Below are positions 9,779 to 20,581 of a DNA stretch of 64,000 nt, in pieces. Where the stretch lies: IMG/VR virus record IMGVR_UViG_2703718815_000003; one strand, 5' to 3'. The notes beneath the pieces are model-generated. The model saw only the letters and a list, made by a program, of their open reading frames with translations, had not been told where the DNA came from and ran no database searches. The translations under genes and the position numbers were made by a program. This DNA is from a virus (taxonomy: Duplodnaviria; Heunggongvirae; Uroviricota; Caudoviricetes). The stretch's first letter is position 1. Each line of letters starts with the position of its first letter.

Positions 9779-9851
9779 TGGTGCTGGGTATGTGATTGGC
9801 TTACCCAGCACTATAAAGCTCTCTATGGGCTTTATTTTCAGTAGGGGAACG

Positions 9852-10661
9852 TCATCCAATAGTGTACTCCGCGACAAACTTCTTAACGATCGGTGATTCT
9901 TCGTTCAATGTTAGATTTCCACCGTCTCTAACGGCAATTCCTGTCGCTGGAAATACAGCCATCATTTGCCCAGCCTGAGTTGACGCAGTGTTAAGCGGAT
10001 ACGGTTTTTCTGGATTGCTCATTAAAGCAATCTTAATACTATTACTTGTAGCCTTCTTTTCTGTGAGAAGGTGTCTCATGGAAATTACCGTGTAAACACT
10101 AATATCTGGACCTCCGCTAAACCAATTAAGAAGGTTTAATATCTTATCCTTTGCTTTGACAGGCGCGTTATCGTAAGCGTCTAAAAAAATATCTTTCTCT
10201 AAACCCGCTTTATTGAAAAACGCATCATCTTTATCACTTAGAGCAAAACGAGGACCTCTTGCAGTACGCGCTTTTTTATTTGTGTTGCTATCATTTGACT
10301 GTTGAACTTTTAATTCATCATTAATCTCAACACACCCTTCAACCTCGATGATCCCCAACTGTTCTGGTTCGTTTTCGGCAGCTTCACCACTTTCAGCGTT
10401 AATTACGTTTATAGGCTCATGCGCTAACTCCAACTCATTTAAAGCTGAGCTGAAATCACCTGCTTTTTCTTCATTGAACAGTTCTTCGGCAACATCATCA
10501 GAACTCATGGCTACGCCAGCATCTAGGCCGAGCAGCAGATCGTCAATATCATCAGTATTTTCAACCTGTGCAGCTTTTTTTACTGGTTCATCAAGTGATT
10601 GCAACATGGCTGCCAGCTCGTCCAGATCATCATTTGTCATTACATTTTCAACCGAACTCAT
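9852..10661 (-). CDS. acidic hypothetical protein
   Basis: 269-aa ORF, D/E-rich N-terminal half. Confidence 0.4.
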   Translation of the reverse strand: MSSVENVMTNDDLDELAAMLQSLDEPVKKAAQVENTDDIDDLLLGLDAGVAMSSDDVAEELFNEEKAGDFSSALNELELAHEPINVINAESGEAAENEPEQLGIIEVEGCVEINDELKVQQSNDSNTNKKARTARGPRFALSDKDDAFFNKAGLEKDIFLDAYDNAPVKAKDKILNLLNWFSGGPDISVYTVISMRHLLTEKKATSNSIKIALMSNPEKPYPLNTASTQAGQMMAVFPATGIAVRDGGNLTLNEESPIVKKFVAEYTIG

Positions 10662-10819
10662 GTAAGTCTCCTTCTGTTTGGTTACATTTGCGTTTCGATG
10701 GCTACATTTTGACTAAACCTATCAGGCGGAAAAGTATTAAATACAGGCAGGAAATGATTGAAAGGCGACTGTTCTTTAAAAGAAAGCCTACTTTAAACTT
10801 TTTAAAGTAGGCTTTTGTT

Positions 10820-11377
10820 TTACACAATTTCAGAGGGTAATTTAAAAAATCCGTACTTATTACGTGCCTTAAAGAAGCATTGCATCATTAAGTTTGTGTC
10901 ATATAAGGCACTATGTGCTTTGGCATGATCGTATATAAAGCCAAGAGAGAAGGCCAACTCTTCAAGGCGGGGACGTTTACCGTCTTCTGTGGCCCACAAT
11001 CCCGATAACATAGTATCTATAACAGGAACTTCTGGCAGTCTTACTCCATACCCTGAAAACTCGTGTCGAATAAATGGTATATCAAATGCTTCGCCGTTAT
11101 GAGCAACCCACACACTACATGCCCCCATATAAGCGCCAATTTCGCTGGCATGATTTGACAACAAAGGTTCAGCTGCGAGCTGTTCCAATGAAATGCCATG
11201 AACGGCTTGAGCTTTCGGATCTATGTTTCTGCGAGGGTTAAAACGCATCTCCAGACTATCAATATGTCTCTGTGTCTCCAGTTCATAGCGGGTAATTGCG
11301 ATTTCAATAATTTTATGACCAGCAAGGAAATCCAGTCCCGTAGACTCGATATCGATGCCTGCAACAATCGTTGTCAT
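10820..11377 (-). CDS. DnaQ-like DEDDh 3'-5' exonuclease
   Basis: GIDIESTGL (Exo I), HNGEAFDIPF (Exo II), HSALYDT (Exo III) motifs. Confidence 0.7.
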   Translation of the reverse strand: MTTIVAGIDIESTGLDFLAGHKIIEIAITRYELETQRHIDSLEMRFNPRRNIDPKAQAVHGISLEQLAAEPLLSNHASEIGAYMGACSVWVAHNGEAFDIPFIRHEFSGYGVRLPEVPVIDTMLSGLWATEDGKRPRLEELAFSLGFIYDHAKAHSALYDTNLMMQCFFKARNKYGFFKLPSEIV

Positions 11378-11386
11378 CAGAACTCC

Positions 11387-11806
11387 TTACAACTTCTTAG
11401 CGCCCTTAAGTAGTGCGCTACGTACAAATTGAGCCGCTTTTTTCAAAGTTTCTTCACTGGTTTCACAGACAATCGGATCTTTCCACTTACCTGACACAGT
11501 GTTGAGAATATTGATTTGGTTGCTATCCAGACAAACAGAGATATAAAGCACCGTGCCACCAGCCAGCATCAAATGCATAGGAAACAGAGGCTTTTTACTG
11601 CCTTCACTGAACTGAGACATGGCGATGTTAATGGCTTCACCCACTTGTGTACCAACAAGCCCCTGCGCAGTTTCGAATATGGCACGAATAGCCAGACGAG
11701 CCTCTCGATCGCTCATAAGCGACCGGGAATGTTCGTCCGCTACACGAATCAAAGCCTCTGTTGTTTTCCGATCCAGTTCATCTTCAAGCAACATTTCACT
11801 AAACAT
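11387..11806 (-). CDS. hypothetical protein
   Basis: 139-aa ORF. Confidence 0.4.
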   Translation of the reverse strand: MFSEMLLEDELDRKTTEALIRVADEHSRSLMSDREARLAIRAIFETAQGLVGTQVGEAINIAMSQFSEGSKKPLFPMHLMLAGGTVLYISVCLDSNQINILNTVSGKWKDPIVCETSEETLKKAAQFVRSALLKGAKKL

Positions 11807-11867
11807 TTTTTATCCTTAACCCATTTTGAGAGTTTTATTGTCGCAATGTCGAAGAGGCGAACAATTT

Positions 11868-12512
11868 CTAATGAACGGTCACTCGGCCACAGAACCGGTT
11901 TTCTATCTTTTCTACAGCGTTATCTAGCATTCTCATCACTGATCTGGCTCTTGCTTCAACCGTGCGATATCGGTTGGAAACGACGAAGGTTTGCAGATCT
12001 CCCCTTTGCGGATGCAGGTGAATTTTTGTCAGTTCCCCGCACATCAACGCATCAATACGAGCGACATACAGACGGTCTAATGATGCTCGTTGTGATCGCA
12101 AGTAATCTCGCTCTGAGAGAGCGACTCCCGGGCGTAAGCCAGCAATGGCGTTAAAGTTTGAAATAGCAGTTTTGTGGCAAAACTTTTCGATATCGAGGGC
12201 TAACTCAATACACCGATCTTCATTTGTATGGCCGACCAAATCCAACGTGTAGGCCATAACATCAGCAGGTGTGCGATCGATAACAAAGCCTTCAACACCA
12301 CGCGTAAGTAGCTCTATATGCTTTGCTATTTCCATTTGAATCTGAAGCCGCTCATATAGAGGCATAGAATCACCTACTCGAACACCGAGGCGGCTCATCA
12401 AACTTCCGACACCAGCATCCACGTAAGGGATTCCGTAATGTTTGTCGATATATTTAGCCAGGGTTGTTTTCCCACTGCCCTGAGCACCAGTGATCCCAAT
12501 CCGGTAATCCAT
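11868..12512 (-). CDS. P-loop nucleotide/nucleoside kinase-like protein
   Basis: Walker A GITGAQGSGKTT at N-terminus, small size typical of dNMP/nucleoside kinases. Confidence 0.5.
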   Translation of the reverse strand: MDYRIGITGAQGSGKTTLAKYIDKHYGIPYVDAGVGSLMSRLGVRVGDSMPLYERLQIQMEIAKHIELLTRGVEGFVIDRTPADVMAYTLDLVGHTNEDRCIELALDIEKFCHKTAISNFNAIAGLRPGVALSERDYLRSQRASLDRLYVARIDALMCGELTKIHLHPQRGDLQTFVVSNRYRTVEARARSVMRMLDNAVEKIENRFCGRVTVH

Positions 12513-12988
12513 TACGACCTTCTGTATACGATCTGCGAAAAGCCAGGCTCTTCCTCGCTGGCTCGTTGGGTATAAGCTGTTTCAACAGGCACAAAGCCTA
12601 AATTACGCATCATGCTTGCCGGGAAGAATGCATCGGCGTTTGGCACATCAACGCCGATGTGGGAGAGCCAAATCTCTTCAACATGCGGCATGAATAGCGA
12701 GTAAATTTGTTCCCCGCCAATCACCCACACAGGCTCTGGTAATCGCAACACATCATCCACACCAGCAGGGTAGAATCCATTTGGTACAAAGCCATGAGAG
12801 CGCGTCAAAACGAGGTTATGACGCTCTGGAAGAGGGCGTTTGAGACTTTCCATCGTTTTACGCCCCATAACGACAGTGGCGTTTTTGGTGAGTCTCTTAA
12901 ATAGCTTCAGATCGGTAGAACAACGCCAGGGGAGTTCATTCGCTATGCCGATCTCATAGTTACGGCCAACAGCAGCGATCATCTTCAT
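12512..12988 (-). CDS. folA: dihydrofolate reductase
   Basis: MIAAVGRNYEIG...LPW...VVMGRKT...PLPER...VIGGEQIY aligns with bacterial DHFR. Confidence 0.8.
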   Translation of the reverse strand: MKMIAAVGRNYEIGIANELPWRCSTDLKLFKRLTKNATVVMGRKTMESLKRPLPERHNLVLTRSHGFVPNGFYPAGVDDVLRLPEPVWVIGGEQIYSLFMPHVEEIWLSHIGVDVPNADAFFPASMMRNLGFVPVETAYTQRASEEEPGFSQIVYRRS

Positions 12989-13446
12989 TTGCTCACCTCA
13001 TAGATGACCGGTCGATGGTGAGAGTCGGCTAAAGCGGCACGGAGTCGAGGATCGTGCACCAGCGCAGCGATAAGCAGATCGCCTTTATGCTCCGCTAATG
13101 TGCGCTTAATATGCTTCTCATAACTGGTGCCATTCGGTACGAGATGAAGCCAGTCATAATCAACGCCAAAATCTTTCAGCCATCGTTTAGTTGGCGCTTC
13201 AAGAGTTTCAGAGCGGCTACTGATAAGCACCACTTCAGCCCCTGAGCGAGCAAAACCACGCAACATACGGCTGGTGGGGAAAATGAGTTCATCACCGGCA
13301 ATGAGCTGGCCTGCATCCGCGTCAGATACTGATTTACGATGGCTGGCATTTGCCAGCACACCTTCAATTTCGCATAAGACATACATACCTCTTGCCATAT
13401 CACACCGCCACTGGAACCTTGATCCACGATAGAGGGTCATAGCCAA
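12985..13446 (-). CDS. hypothetical protein
   Basis: 153-aa ORF overlapping thyA end by 46 nt. Confidence 0.35.
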   Translation of the reverse strand: MAMTLYRGSRFQWRCDMARGMYVLCEIEGVLANASHRKSVSDADAGQLIAGDELIFPTSRMLRGFARSGAEVVLISSRSETLEAPTKRWLKDFGVDYDWLHLVPNGTSYEKHIKRTLAEHKGDLLIAALVHDPRLRAALADSHHRPVIYEVSK

Positions 13447-14530
13447 GAATTAAAACCTCGTCCCATTTGAAATCATCCAACTCTGACCATTCATGAGGGA
13501 AAATAACGACCGGATCTGAATGCTCTGGAGCCTGTCGTTTCATTAGCTCACACACACCTTCCATGTGGTTGTTGTACAAATGCACGTCAAAGCCAAAATG
13601 CACAAATGCACCGGCCATGTGACCCGTAATCTTCGCGAGAAAATGAGTGAGAATGCCATAGCCAGCAATATTGAATGGCATACCAACAAAAGTGTCTACG
13701 CTACGCTGTACGAGGCAGGAGTTGAGGATGCGTTTGGGGATTCCAAGTTCATCCAGTTCAGCTTCAGTAACACTGCCGTCCATCTCCAGATCGTATAGCA
13801 TCTTGGTGTAGATAGACTCGTAACCGAGGCGACTGTGTTGAAGACCAATGTCAGTTGCCATCGTTAAACGGGTTTCAAAATCCAGCTCACGACTCCACAA
13901 AGAGAAGACAAAGTGGCAAGGTGGCAGTTTCATATCCTCAAGCTCGCCTACGTTCCATGCGTTAAGCATGATGCGACGATCGGTAGGGTTCGTGCGCAGT
14001 GTATCGACAATACGCTGTAGCTGATCGATTTCACGGGACAGCACTACGCGATCTTCACTGATACCCAGGTATCCCTCGACTTTGTACCCGCGTTCACGGA
14101 AAGTAGCGATCTTGCTCAGATATTCACTATGGCTCACGATGCGGGTATCTTCCCATCGACGCCACTGCTTACCGTAAACCGGCCCCAAATCGCCATTCTC
14201 ATCGGCCCATGCATCCCAAATCTTAACGCCGTTATCCTTGAGAAATTGGATGTTGCCCGTGCCTTTCAGATACCACTCAAGTTCGACAAGCAGTGGCTTA
14301 AGATTTACCGCCTTTCCAGAAATAAGCGGCACAGTCCCACCAGTAAGCATGTAGTAAGAGGGAACGTAGCAGGTGCTTAAAGTACCAGTGCCTGTGCGAT
14401 CATCAGCCTGCACGCCGCTTTTAAGCACCGTCTCAATAACTTTTGCATACGATGCGTTTGTTACCTGACCGTTCGTATGCTCACGATTCAAAAGGAGTGA
14501 CACAAAAACCTCACAAAGATAAGTAACCAC
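13400..14530 (-). CDS. thyA: thymidylate synthase (ThyA type, with insertion)
   Basis: DRTGTGT, WADENGDLGPVYGKQWR, RRIMLNAWNVGELEDMKLPPCH, HLYNNH, YDPLSWIKVPVAV match ThyA; ~45-aa insertion after catalytic Cys. Confidence 0.85.
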   Translation of the reverse strand: MVTYLCEVFVSLLLNREHTNGQVTNASYAKVIETVLKSGVQADDRTGTGTLSTCYVPSYYMLTGGTVPLISGKAVNLKPLLVELEWYLKGTGNIQFLKDNGVKIWDAWADENGDLGPVYGKQWRRWEDTRIVSHSEYLSKIATFRERGYKVEGYLGISEDRVVLSREIDQLQRIVDTLRTNPTDRRIMLNAWNVGELEDMKLPPCHFVFSLWSRELDFETRLTMATDIGLQHSRLGYESIYTKMLYDLEMDGSVTEAELDELGIPKRILNSCLVQRSVDTFVGMPFNIAGYGILTHFLAKITGHMAGAFVHFGFDVHLYNNHMEGVCELMKRQAPEHSDPVVIFPHEWSELDDFKWDEVLILGYDPLSWIKVPVAV

Positions 14531-14580
14531 TTATTAATTACGTGAGTTTACATTTATTGAGAGAACAAGACCAGACAGAT

Positions 14581-14606
14581 AAAAAAATGGTGGCCATAGG
14601 CCACCA
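14581..14606 (-). terminator. intrinsic terminator
   Basis: tggtggcc-ata-ggccacca hairpin preceded on plus strand by A7 (U-tract on minus strand). Confidence 0.6.
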
Positions 14607-14673
14607 AAACGAATAGTCATTCCAGAGTTTTATTACGCATGTTAAATATACACAGATAGATAACTACCTACAA

Positions 14674-15543
14674 TTATTTTTTGATCATTCCGTACATTGC
14701 TGAGGCTTTAGCTTGCTCAACAAAGGAGGATAAATCGACATCACTATAGGTTGGAGACTTCAGAATCTTTCCATCGGAAATTCGAAAACCGATCATCTTA
14801 TCGGTGCCATCAGCATGGCGGAATCCCAGATCTGAAGAGTCGTATTTGCAGTTGGCCACAGCCTGGCGACGTTCCTCAACATCAGCAGGCCATAATTTTG
14901 TCATGTTAGACCGATGAATTTCGCCAACCAGCTCGACGACATTGATACCGAGGAAATCAGCCAGTCGATAAGTCATCATGCACGCCACATAGATTTTGTT
15001 CATTACACGGCGCAGTTCCTGAATCAGCTCAGAATCCTTAACAGTCTTCTTCTCAAGTTTATCTGCCAGCTCTTCGAGCATACATGACGCCTCACGAGCT
15101 TCCTGAAATGGCATTGCCATATCATCGAAAACAGTGTTACCGGGCACAAAAATTGTCTGCATAAAGCGATCAATGCTCTGTTCCTGCGTGTAATAGGTCA
15201 TGCCGGTAGAAATACCACCTTTGATGGAGACCATCGTACCAACACCAACGTATAAAAAGTCGGCCATTGCATCCAGCAGTTGCTCAATATCCCCATTCAT
15301 TGCGGCTGGAATACCTTCCACTACAGCTTCTTCATGAATCAGGCTTGCACGGAGACGAAGCAGCTCTGGTGTCGGCATAACGCGTCTCGGATGCTGGAAG
15401 AGTTCATGAAACTGATCGACCATCTTGTAAATACTTTCAGTGGCTACACCATGGCCTTCATGCAACTCATATGGTTCTGGCTTAAATCCAATGAGTCGAT
15501 CGGTGGCAAGTTTCAGGTGGTCAGTCAGTTTGGTAAAGTTCAT
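14674..15543 (-). CDS. MazG-like nucleotide pyrophosphohydrolase (tentative)
   Basis: start moved to internal ATG 15543 to avoid overlap with nrdB; all-alpha sequence with EExxE / D-rich pairs (IHEEAVVEG...DIEQLLDAMAD). Confidence 0.4.
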   Translation of the reverse strand: MNFTKLTDHLKLATDRLIGFKPEPYELHEGHGVATESIYKMVDQFHELFQHPRRVMPTPELLRLRASLIHEEAVVEGIPAAMNGDIEQLLDAMADFLYVGVGTMVSIKGGISTGMTYYTQEQSIDRFMQTIFVPGNTVFDDMAMPFQEAREASCMLEELADKLEKKTVKDSELIQELRRVMNKIYVACMMTYRLADFLGINVVELVGEIHRSNMTKLWPADVEERRQAVANCKYDSSDLGFRHADGTDKMIGFRISDGKILKSPTYSDVDLSSFVEQAKASAMYGMIKK

Positions 15544-15620
15544 GCTAGTTTTGTTCCTTCTTAATTCTTGTGATCCATTGTGGCCCAGCGTTGCCAGGCC
15601 ACATAATGCTTTGTATCGGT

Positions 15621-16763
15621 TTACAGGTCTGCAAACTGGCTTAGAGAAGCCTTGTCCACGGTAGAATCGATCTGACCTACCAGATATGTGCTTTGCTCTG
15701 CCTCTTGTGGTGCAATTTGCAGTGTGTCGGTTAACAACCACTTGTTCATCCAGACCAGCGGATCTGTGGTAACTTCTGGAAATAAAGCCTTCAGGCCAAG
15801 ACGATTCATAGCCAGATTGGTGCGGTATTTTACATAGGTCTTCAGAATATCCGCGTTTAAACCAATCATCGAACCGTCTTTGAAGAGATAGTCTGCCCAG
15901 TTCATTTCTTGTTCGGCGACTGATTTCATGGTGTCGTAAATGACGTTTTCTTCATCAGCAGCAATCTCTTTCCACAATAAACCTTCGCGACCGGTACGCA
16001 TGAAGCGGATCATGCGTTCAGTTCCTTCGCAATGCAGAGCTTCATCACGGGCAATAAAGCGCATAATTTTGGTGTTACCCTCAAGCAACTTCCGTTCGCC
16101 AAAGGCAAACGTACATGCAAAACTTACATAGAAACGGATCGCCTCAAGCGCATTAATGGACACCAACGTGCGGAAAAGCTGACGGTGCAAAGGGTATGGC
16201 TCCCAGCCATATTCATTTACGTACAGACGTTCAAACTCTTTCTCACCTAACGACTGGCGCTCGCAGGTCATCCCATAAAGCCTGTCATATTCAGCAGAGA
16301 TACTGATCGCTCGGTTGATGATTTCTTCATCCGTAACAATACCGTCAAAAACAATGCTCGGATCGTCCACCATGCCACGAATAATGTGGGTGTAGCTGCG
16401 GCTATGGATAGTCTCAGAGAAAGACCATGTTTCAACCCACGTTTCCAGTTCAGGAATAGAGATAAGCGGCAGCAGCGTTGCATTTGGGCTACGTCCCTGA
16501 ACTGAATCGAGTAACGTTTGATAACGGAGATTGCTCAGAAAAATGTGACGTTCGTGGTCCCGCAGCTTCGTGTTGAAGTCGATACGATCGCTCGAAATAT
16601 CAACTTCTTCCGGCCGCCAGAAGAAAGACAATTGACGTTCAATCAACTTTTCAAAATCACGGTATTTTTGCTGATCGTAACGTGCCACGTTGACAGATTG
16701 TCCGAGGAACATAGGCTCTTTGGTTGCATCATTAGCACCCAAACGGAACGTTGAATATGACAT
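15621..16763 (-). CDS. nrdB: ribonucleotide reductase class Ia beta subunit
   Basis: 380-aa ferritin-like protein with diiron/tyrosyl-radical context (EALHCEG) directly downstream of nrdA. Confidence 0.8.
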   Translation of the reverse strand: MSYSTFRLGANDATKEPMFLGQSVNVARYDQQKYRDFEKLIERQLSFFWRPEEVDISSDRIDFNTKLRDHERHIFLSNLRYQTLLDSVQGRSPNATLLPLISIPELETWVETWSFSETIHSRSYTHIIRGMVDDPSIVFDGIVTDEEIINRAISISAEYDRLYGMTCERQSLGEKEFERLYVNEYGWEPYPLHRQLFRTLVSINALEAIRFYVSFACTFAFGERKLLEGNTKIMRFIARDEALHCEGTERMIRFMRTGREGLLWKEIAADEENVIYDTMKSVAEQEMNWADYLFKDGSMIGLNADILKTYVKYRTNLAMNRLGLKALFPEVTTDPLVWMNKWLLTDTLQIAPQEAEQSTYLVGQIDSTVDKASLSQFADL

Positions 16764-16869
16764 GTGTTTTTCCTTTTTCTTTTTTGGTGCGTTTAAACAA
16801 GTTGTTATCTTATGTGTTTAAACAAGGCTTACAAATCAAAGAGAAGGTGGGGATATCCCCCACCATATG

Positions 16870-19185
16870 TCAGATTTTGCAGGCTCCGTCGCACTCATCT
16901 TCTGGCTCGACGGCTACAGCTTGCGTCAGTGGATTATGCGGTTCGTCGTCATCACGCTTTCCTGCCCCATCTCTGGTGTTGTGGTAGTAAAGCGTTTTAA
17001 CTCCCATCTTGTAGGCGAGAAGCAAATCTGACAGTAGCGTCATCATTGGGACTTTATCGCCTTCAAAGCGAGAAGGGTCATAGTTGGTATTGGCTGAAAT
17101 AGCCTGGTCAAAGAACTTCTGGATGATCGCCACCTTTGTCAGATAGCCGCGGTTGTCCGGCATATCCCACAGGTATTCATACTGTTCCTTCAGTTTTTCA
17201 AACTCAGGCACGACCATCTTAACGATGCCGTCCTTAGAAGATTTCACCGACACCAGGCCACGAGGCGGTTCGATGCCGTTGGTGGAATTAGTGATCTGGC
17301 TGGAAGTCTCGCATGGCATTTGTGCCGTCAGTGTGGAGTTGCGAAGGCCGTATTTTGCAATACGTTCACGCAGTTCTTCCCACGGCATCTTTAACTCAAA
17401 GTTGGTTTCGCCACTTTCGTCTAATGAAGAACGGTAATGGTCGATCGGCAACTGACCAATTGCGTACTTGGTCTGCTCAAACCAGTCACACTCACCTTTT
17501 GCTTCAGCAAGTCGGCAGCTGGCATCAAGAAGGTAATACTGGATAGCTTCGAACGTTTCATGCACCAGTTTATTGCCAGCGGTATCAGAATAACGAACGC
17601 CATTCTTTGCCAGGTAATAAGCAAAGTTGGTTACACCAATTCCCAAGCTACGACGAGCTTTGGCAGGCACTTCGGCTGCCTCCATCGGATAGTCTTGATA
17701 ATCCAGTAACGAATCCAGTGCAGCAACGGCATAGAACGCCACCTCTTTAAGAGACTCCAGTGAACGGATGGCTCCGAGGTTAAAAGCGGATAAAGTGCAT
17801 AGCGCGATCTCACCGTTCGGGTCGTCGGTAAATGCCAGTGGACGAGTGGGTAGAGTGATCTCCATGCACAGGTTTGACTGGCGAACAGGTGCAAGAGCAG
17901 GAATGAAAGCGCCATGCTCGTTAATATGATCTACGTTCGCAATATAAATTCGGCCCGTGGACGCTCGTTCCTGCATCAGAGATGAGAACAGCTCAATGGC
18001 AGGTACTGACTTCTTGCGAATTGAATCATCGGCTTCGTATTTATGGTACAGCTTTTCAAACAGCTCCTGGTCTGTGAAGAAGGCTTCGTACATATCAGGC
18101 ACATCATGCGGGCTGAACAGAGTGATGTTCTCGCTTCTGACGAGTCGACGGTACATTAGACGGTTACTCATGACGCCGTAATCAAGATGGCGAACGCGGT
18201 TTTCATCAATACCACGGTTATTTTTCACCACCAGCAGACTTTCAACTTCAAGATGCCAGATCGGGTAAAACGCTGTTGCTGCGCCACCACGAACACCACC
18301 TTGCGAACAAGATTTAACAGCCGTCTGGAAATGCTTCAGGAATGGAATAACTCCGGTATGGGTGGCTTCACCATTGCGGATCTCGCTGCCCAGCGCACGG
18401 ATACGGCCAAAACCAATACCAATTCCAGCACGACGTGAAACGTAGTCGATAATTGCGGCTGAAGCTGCACTAATCCCTTTCAGACTATCGCCAGACTCAA
18501 TCAGCACACAACTGGAGAACTGACGGGTTGGAGTACGGACGCCGGCCATGATTGGTGTGGGCAGAGACAGTTTGAACGTACTTGTAACGTCATAGAAACC
18601 TTTGACCATCTCCATACGTGTTTTGCCAGCGCAGTCGTCTTCCCAATTCTGGAACAGACACATGCCTACCAGCATATAGATATGTTGCGGCCCCTCATGA
18701 ATCTCACCAGTAACACGGTTTTGAACGAGGTATTTGCTTTGCAACTGCACCGTAGCTGCATAGCCAAAAAGATCGTCACGTTTCGGCTTAATGTAATTGC
18801 CGAGTTCTTCGATCTCTTCAAACGAATAATGTGTCAGCAAATCCTTGTCATAAACGCCCTTGTTAACGTTCTTGACAATGTGTTGGTAGAAGTTCGGATA
18901 GTCGTAACGACCGAAGGCATCTTTGCGGATTTTAAAAATGTTCAGGCGGGCAGCCACCTGTGAGTAATTTGGTGCTTCTGGTGAGATCAAATCAGCGGCA
19001 GATTTAACCAAAGCCTCATGCAACTGGCTGGTGGTAATCCCATCAAAAATGCTGGCCGCAGCTCCCATTGCTACAGCGGATGCGCTTACACCACGAATGC
19101 CTTCTACGCCATACATTACGACGCGGTTGTATTTTTCTTCGGATAACGGCTCTGTTTGGCCGTTACGTTTTACGATGCTTATCAT
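16870..19185 (-). CDS. nrdA: ribonucleotide reductase class Ia alpha subunit
   Basis: 771 aa; SNLCMEITLPT active-site loop, C-terminal DECDGACKI redox tail. Confidence 0.9.
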   Translation of the reverse strand: MISIVKRNGQTEPLSEEKYNRVVMYGVEGIRGVSASAVAMGAAASIFDGITTSQLHEALVKSAADLISPEAPNYSQVAARLNIFKIRKDAFGRYDYPNFYQHIVKNVNKGVYDKDLLTHYSFEEIEELGNYIKPKRDDLFGYAATVQLQSKYLVQNRVTGEIHEGPQHIYMLVGMCLFQNWEDDCAGKTRMEMVKGFYDVTSTFKLSLPTPIMAGVRTPTRQFSSCVLIESGDSLKGISAASAAIIDYVSRRAGIGIGFGRIRALGSEIRNGEATHTGVIPFLKHFQTAVKSCSQGGVRGGAATAFYPIWHLEVESLLVVKNNRGIDENRVRHLDYGVMSNRLMYRRLVRSENITLFSPHDVPDMYEAFFTDQELFEKLYHKYEADDSIRKKSVPAIELFSSLMQERASTGRIYIANVDHINEHGAFIPALAPVRQSNLCMEITLPTRPLAFTDDPNGEIALCTLSAFNLGAIRSLESLKEVAFYAVAALDSLLDYQDYPMEAAEVPAKARRSLGIGVTNFAYYLAKNGVRYSDTAGNKLVHETFEAIQYYLLDASCRLAEAKGECDWFEQTKYAIGQLPIDHYRSSLDESGETNFELKMPWEELRERIAKYGLRNSTLTAQMPCETSSQITNSTNGIEPPRGLVSVKSSKDGIVKMVVPEFEKLKEQYEYLWDMPDNRGYLTKVAIIQKFFDQAISANTNYDPSRFEGDKVPMMTLLSDLLLAYKMGVKTLYYHNTRDGAGKRDDDEPHNPLTQAVAVEPEDECDGACKI

Positions 19186-19191
19186 GTATCA

Positions 19192-19224
19192 CCAAATAAA
19201 GAGGGCCACTAAATATAGTGGCCC
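19192..19224 (-). terminator. intrinsic terminator
   Basis: gggccact-aaatat-agtggccc hairpin with T-rich tail on minus strand. Confidence 0.5.
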
Positions 19225-19258
19225 ATGTTAATAGATAAGCACTTACCTATCAATGAAA

Positions 19259-19828
19259 TCAAATGAGAGACTTAAGAACATCGCGCACCTGGCGGAACTG
19301 ATCTGTTTGCATACCGGTATGGATGGCAGCCACCGCATCAGCCAAATGTTCGTTTTTGTTCACGAGAACATCCTGTCCAGATTGCTTACGACGCAGCCAC
19401 GGTGCTTTAGGGTGTTTTTTCGTAGCCCACTGGATAATCTCTTCTTTCGATGTAGTAAGTTTATTGCCGACAAAATGCTTGATTTCGTTTGGAGTAACCT
19501 GGATCAATGGCTTATCCACACACGCAAGTACACCGATACAAATACCGTAAGACGTCTGCGAACGAGAGTTTTGGCTCCCAACCGGTAGCTCACAAAAAAC
19601 CATATTTGCCTTATCAATGATTGGCTTCGCAACACGCCATATTTCACTGGCGCGGCGCAGATCGTCACTGTTCACACGAACGGTCTTTTTGTTACTCCCC
19701 GCTTTAGTCTCAACAAGAGTAAGGCCGTGAATCTCAAGTTCGTCCGTCTCAAGGTCTAAAGTGCCCACAGCAAGCCCAAAGTTGCTCATTGAGGGATCAA
19801 CACCAACTACGCTGATTTTTTTACTCAT
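19259..19828 (-). CDS. RuvC-like Holliday junction resolvase (tentative)
   Basis: N-terminal VVGVDPSMSNFGLAV resembles the RuvC/YqgF first acidic motif. Confidence 0.45.
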   Translation of the reverse strand: MSKKISVVGVDPSMSNFGLAVGTLDLETDELEIHGLTLVETKAGSNKKTVRVNSDDLRRASEIWRVAKPIIDKANMVFCELPVGSQNSRSQTSYGICIGVLACVDKPLIQVTPNEIKHFVGNKLTTSKEEIIQWATKKHPKAPWLRRKQSGQDVLVNKNEHLADAVAAIHTGMQTDQFRQVRDVLKSLI

Positions 19829-19837
19829 ATAGTCTCC

Positions 19838-20581
19838 TTACCATGTTCCCCATATAGGGTTTTCCAATAATCTCGCCTCCAACGAATTGGCTACTATTGC
19901 CGTTTGCAACGTTGGTTGGGGATAGTTTGCAAAGTCTGAATACTCATTTTCCTGCGTGACACGTTTATCTGCGGCATGTTTAACACCACTTGCTATGAAA
20001 TGACGCATGATGCCCAATAGCCTCCGACTGTCTGCACTATCGTTTGCTAAAACATGAGGGAGCTGAAGTTCGATTTCTACCATTTCTCCATACTTACCAA
20101 CAAACTGTAGTTTGTCCGCACTGTACTTTTTATCCCTCCTTTGGATAAGGAAACCAGTAAAAGCATCACCTGGCGATGCCAAACTATCCACCCGCTTATT
20201 GGCAAGTCGAATAAGGTTCGTGAAAGCCATACAGTGATGCGCACCCATTCCCCCAAAGACCCCTTCGCTATTAATGTTAAGATCTTCAGTTTCATGGGAT
20301 GCAATAAACCCAGGCCCGACGTTGGGAAGATATCCCCCCTCAACAAAAGGATTAATCAGGATCGGCGCAATACATCCAGGTGGTAGTGATTTCAAACTTT
20401 GCATCAATGGCGTCTCGGATATTAGACCAAGCAACGCGGCGAATTGTACTCCGTCAATATTGTTGCTGCCCCACAGAATACGTGGAGCCGCACCATTGGA
20501 AGTATGCCCATTGATCAGTTTTATCGACTGCATCACTGCAAATACCTGCAAAAACTGCGAGCGGCTTAATTTAAACGACAT
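19838..20581 (-). CDS. hypothetical protein
   Basis: 247-aa ORF between resolvase-like gene and sbcC-like gene. Confidence 0.4.
   Translation of the reverse strand: MSFKLSRSQFLQVFAVMQSIKLINGHTSNGAAPRILWGSNNIDGVQFAALLGLISETPLMQSLKSLPPGCIAPILINPFVEGGYLPNVGPGFIASHETEDLNINSEGVFGGMGAHHCMAFTNLIRLANKRVDSLASPGDAFTGFLIQRRDKKYSADKLQFVGKYGEMVEIELQLPHVLANDSADSRRLLGIMRHFIASGVKHAADKRVTQENEYSDFANYPQPTLQTAIVANSLEARLLENPIWGTW

Noticed and set aside
9665-9877. 70-aa minus-strand ORF in the intergenic region
   Set aside because: The interval is occupied by two long hairpins with T-runs (terminators) and the translation is Leu/Arg/Lys-rich without an RBS.
11516-12154. 212-aa plus-strand ORF
   Set aside because: Lies entirely antisense to the kinase-like and adjacent minus-strand genes, has a His/Arg/Ser-rich low-complexity translation and no RBS; treated as a shadow ORF.
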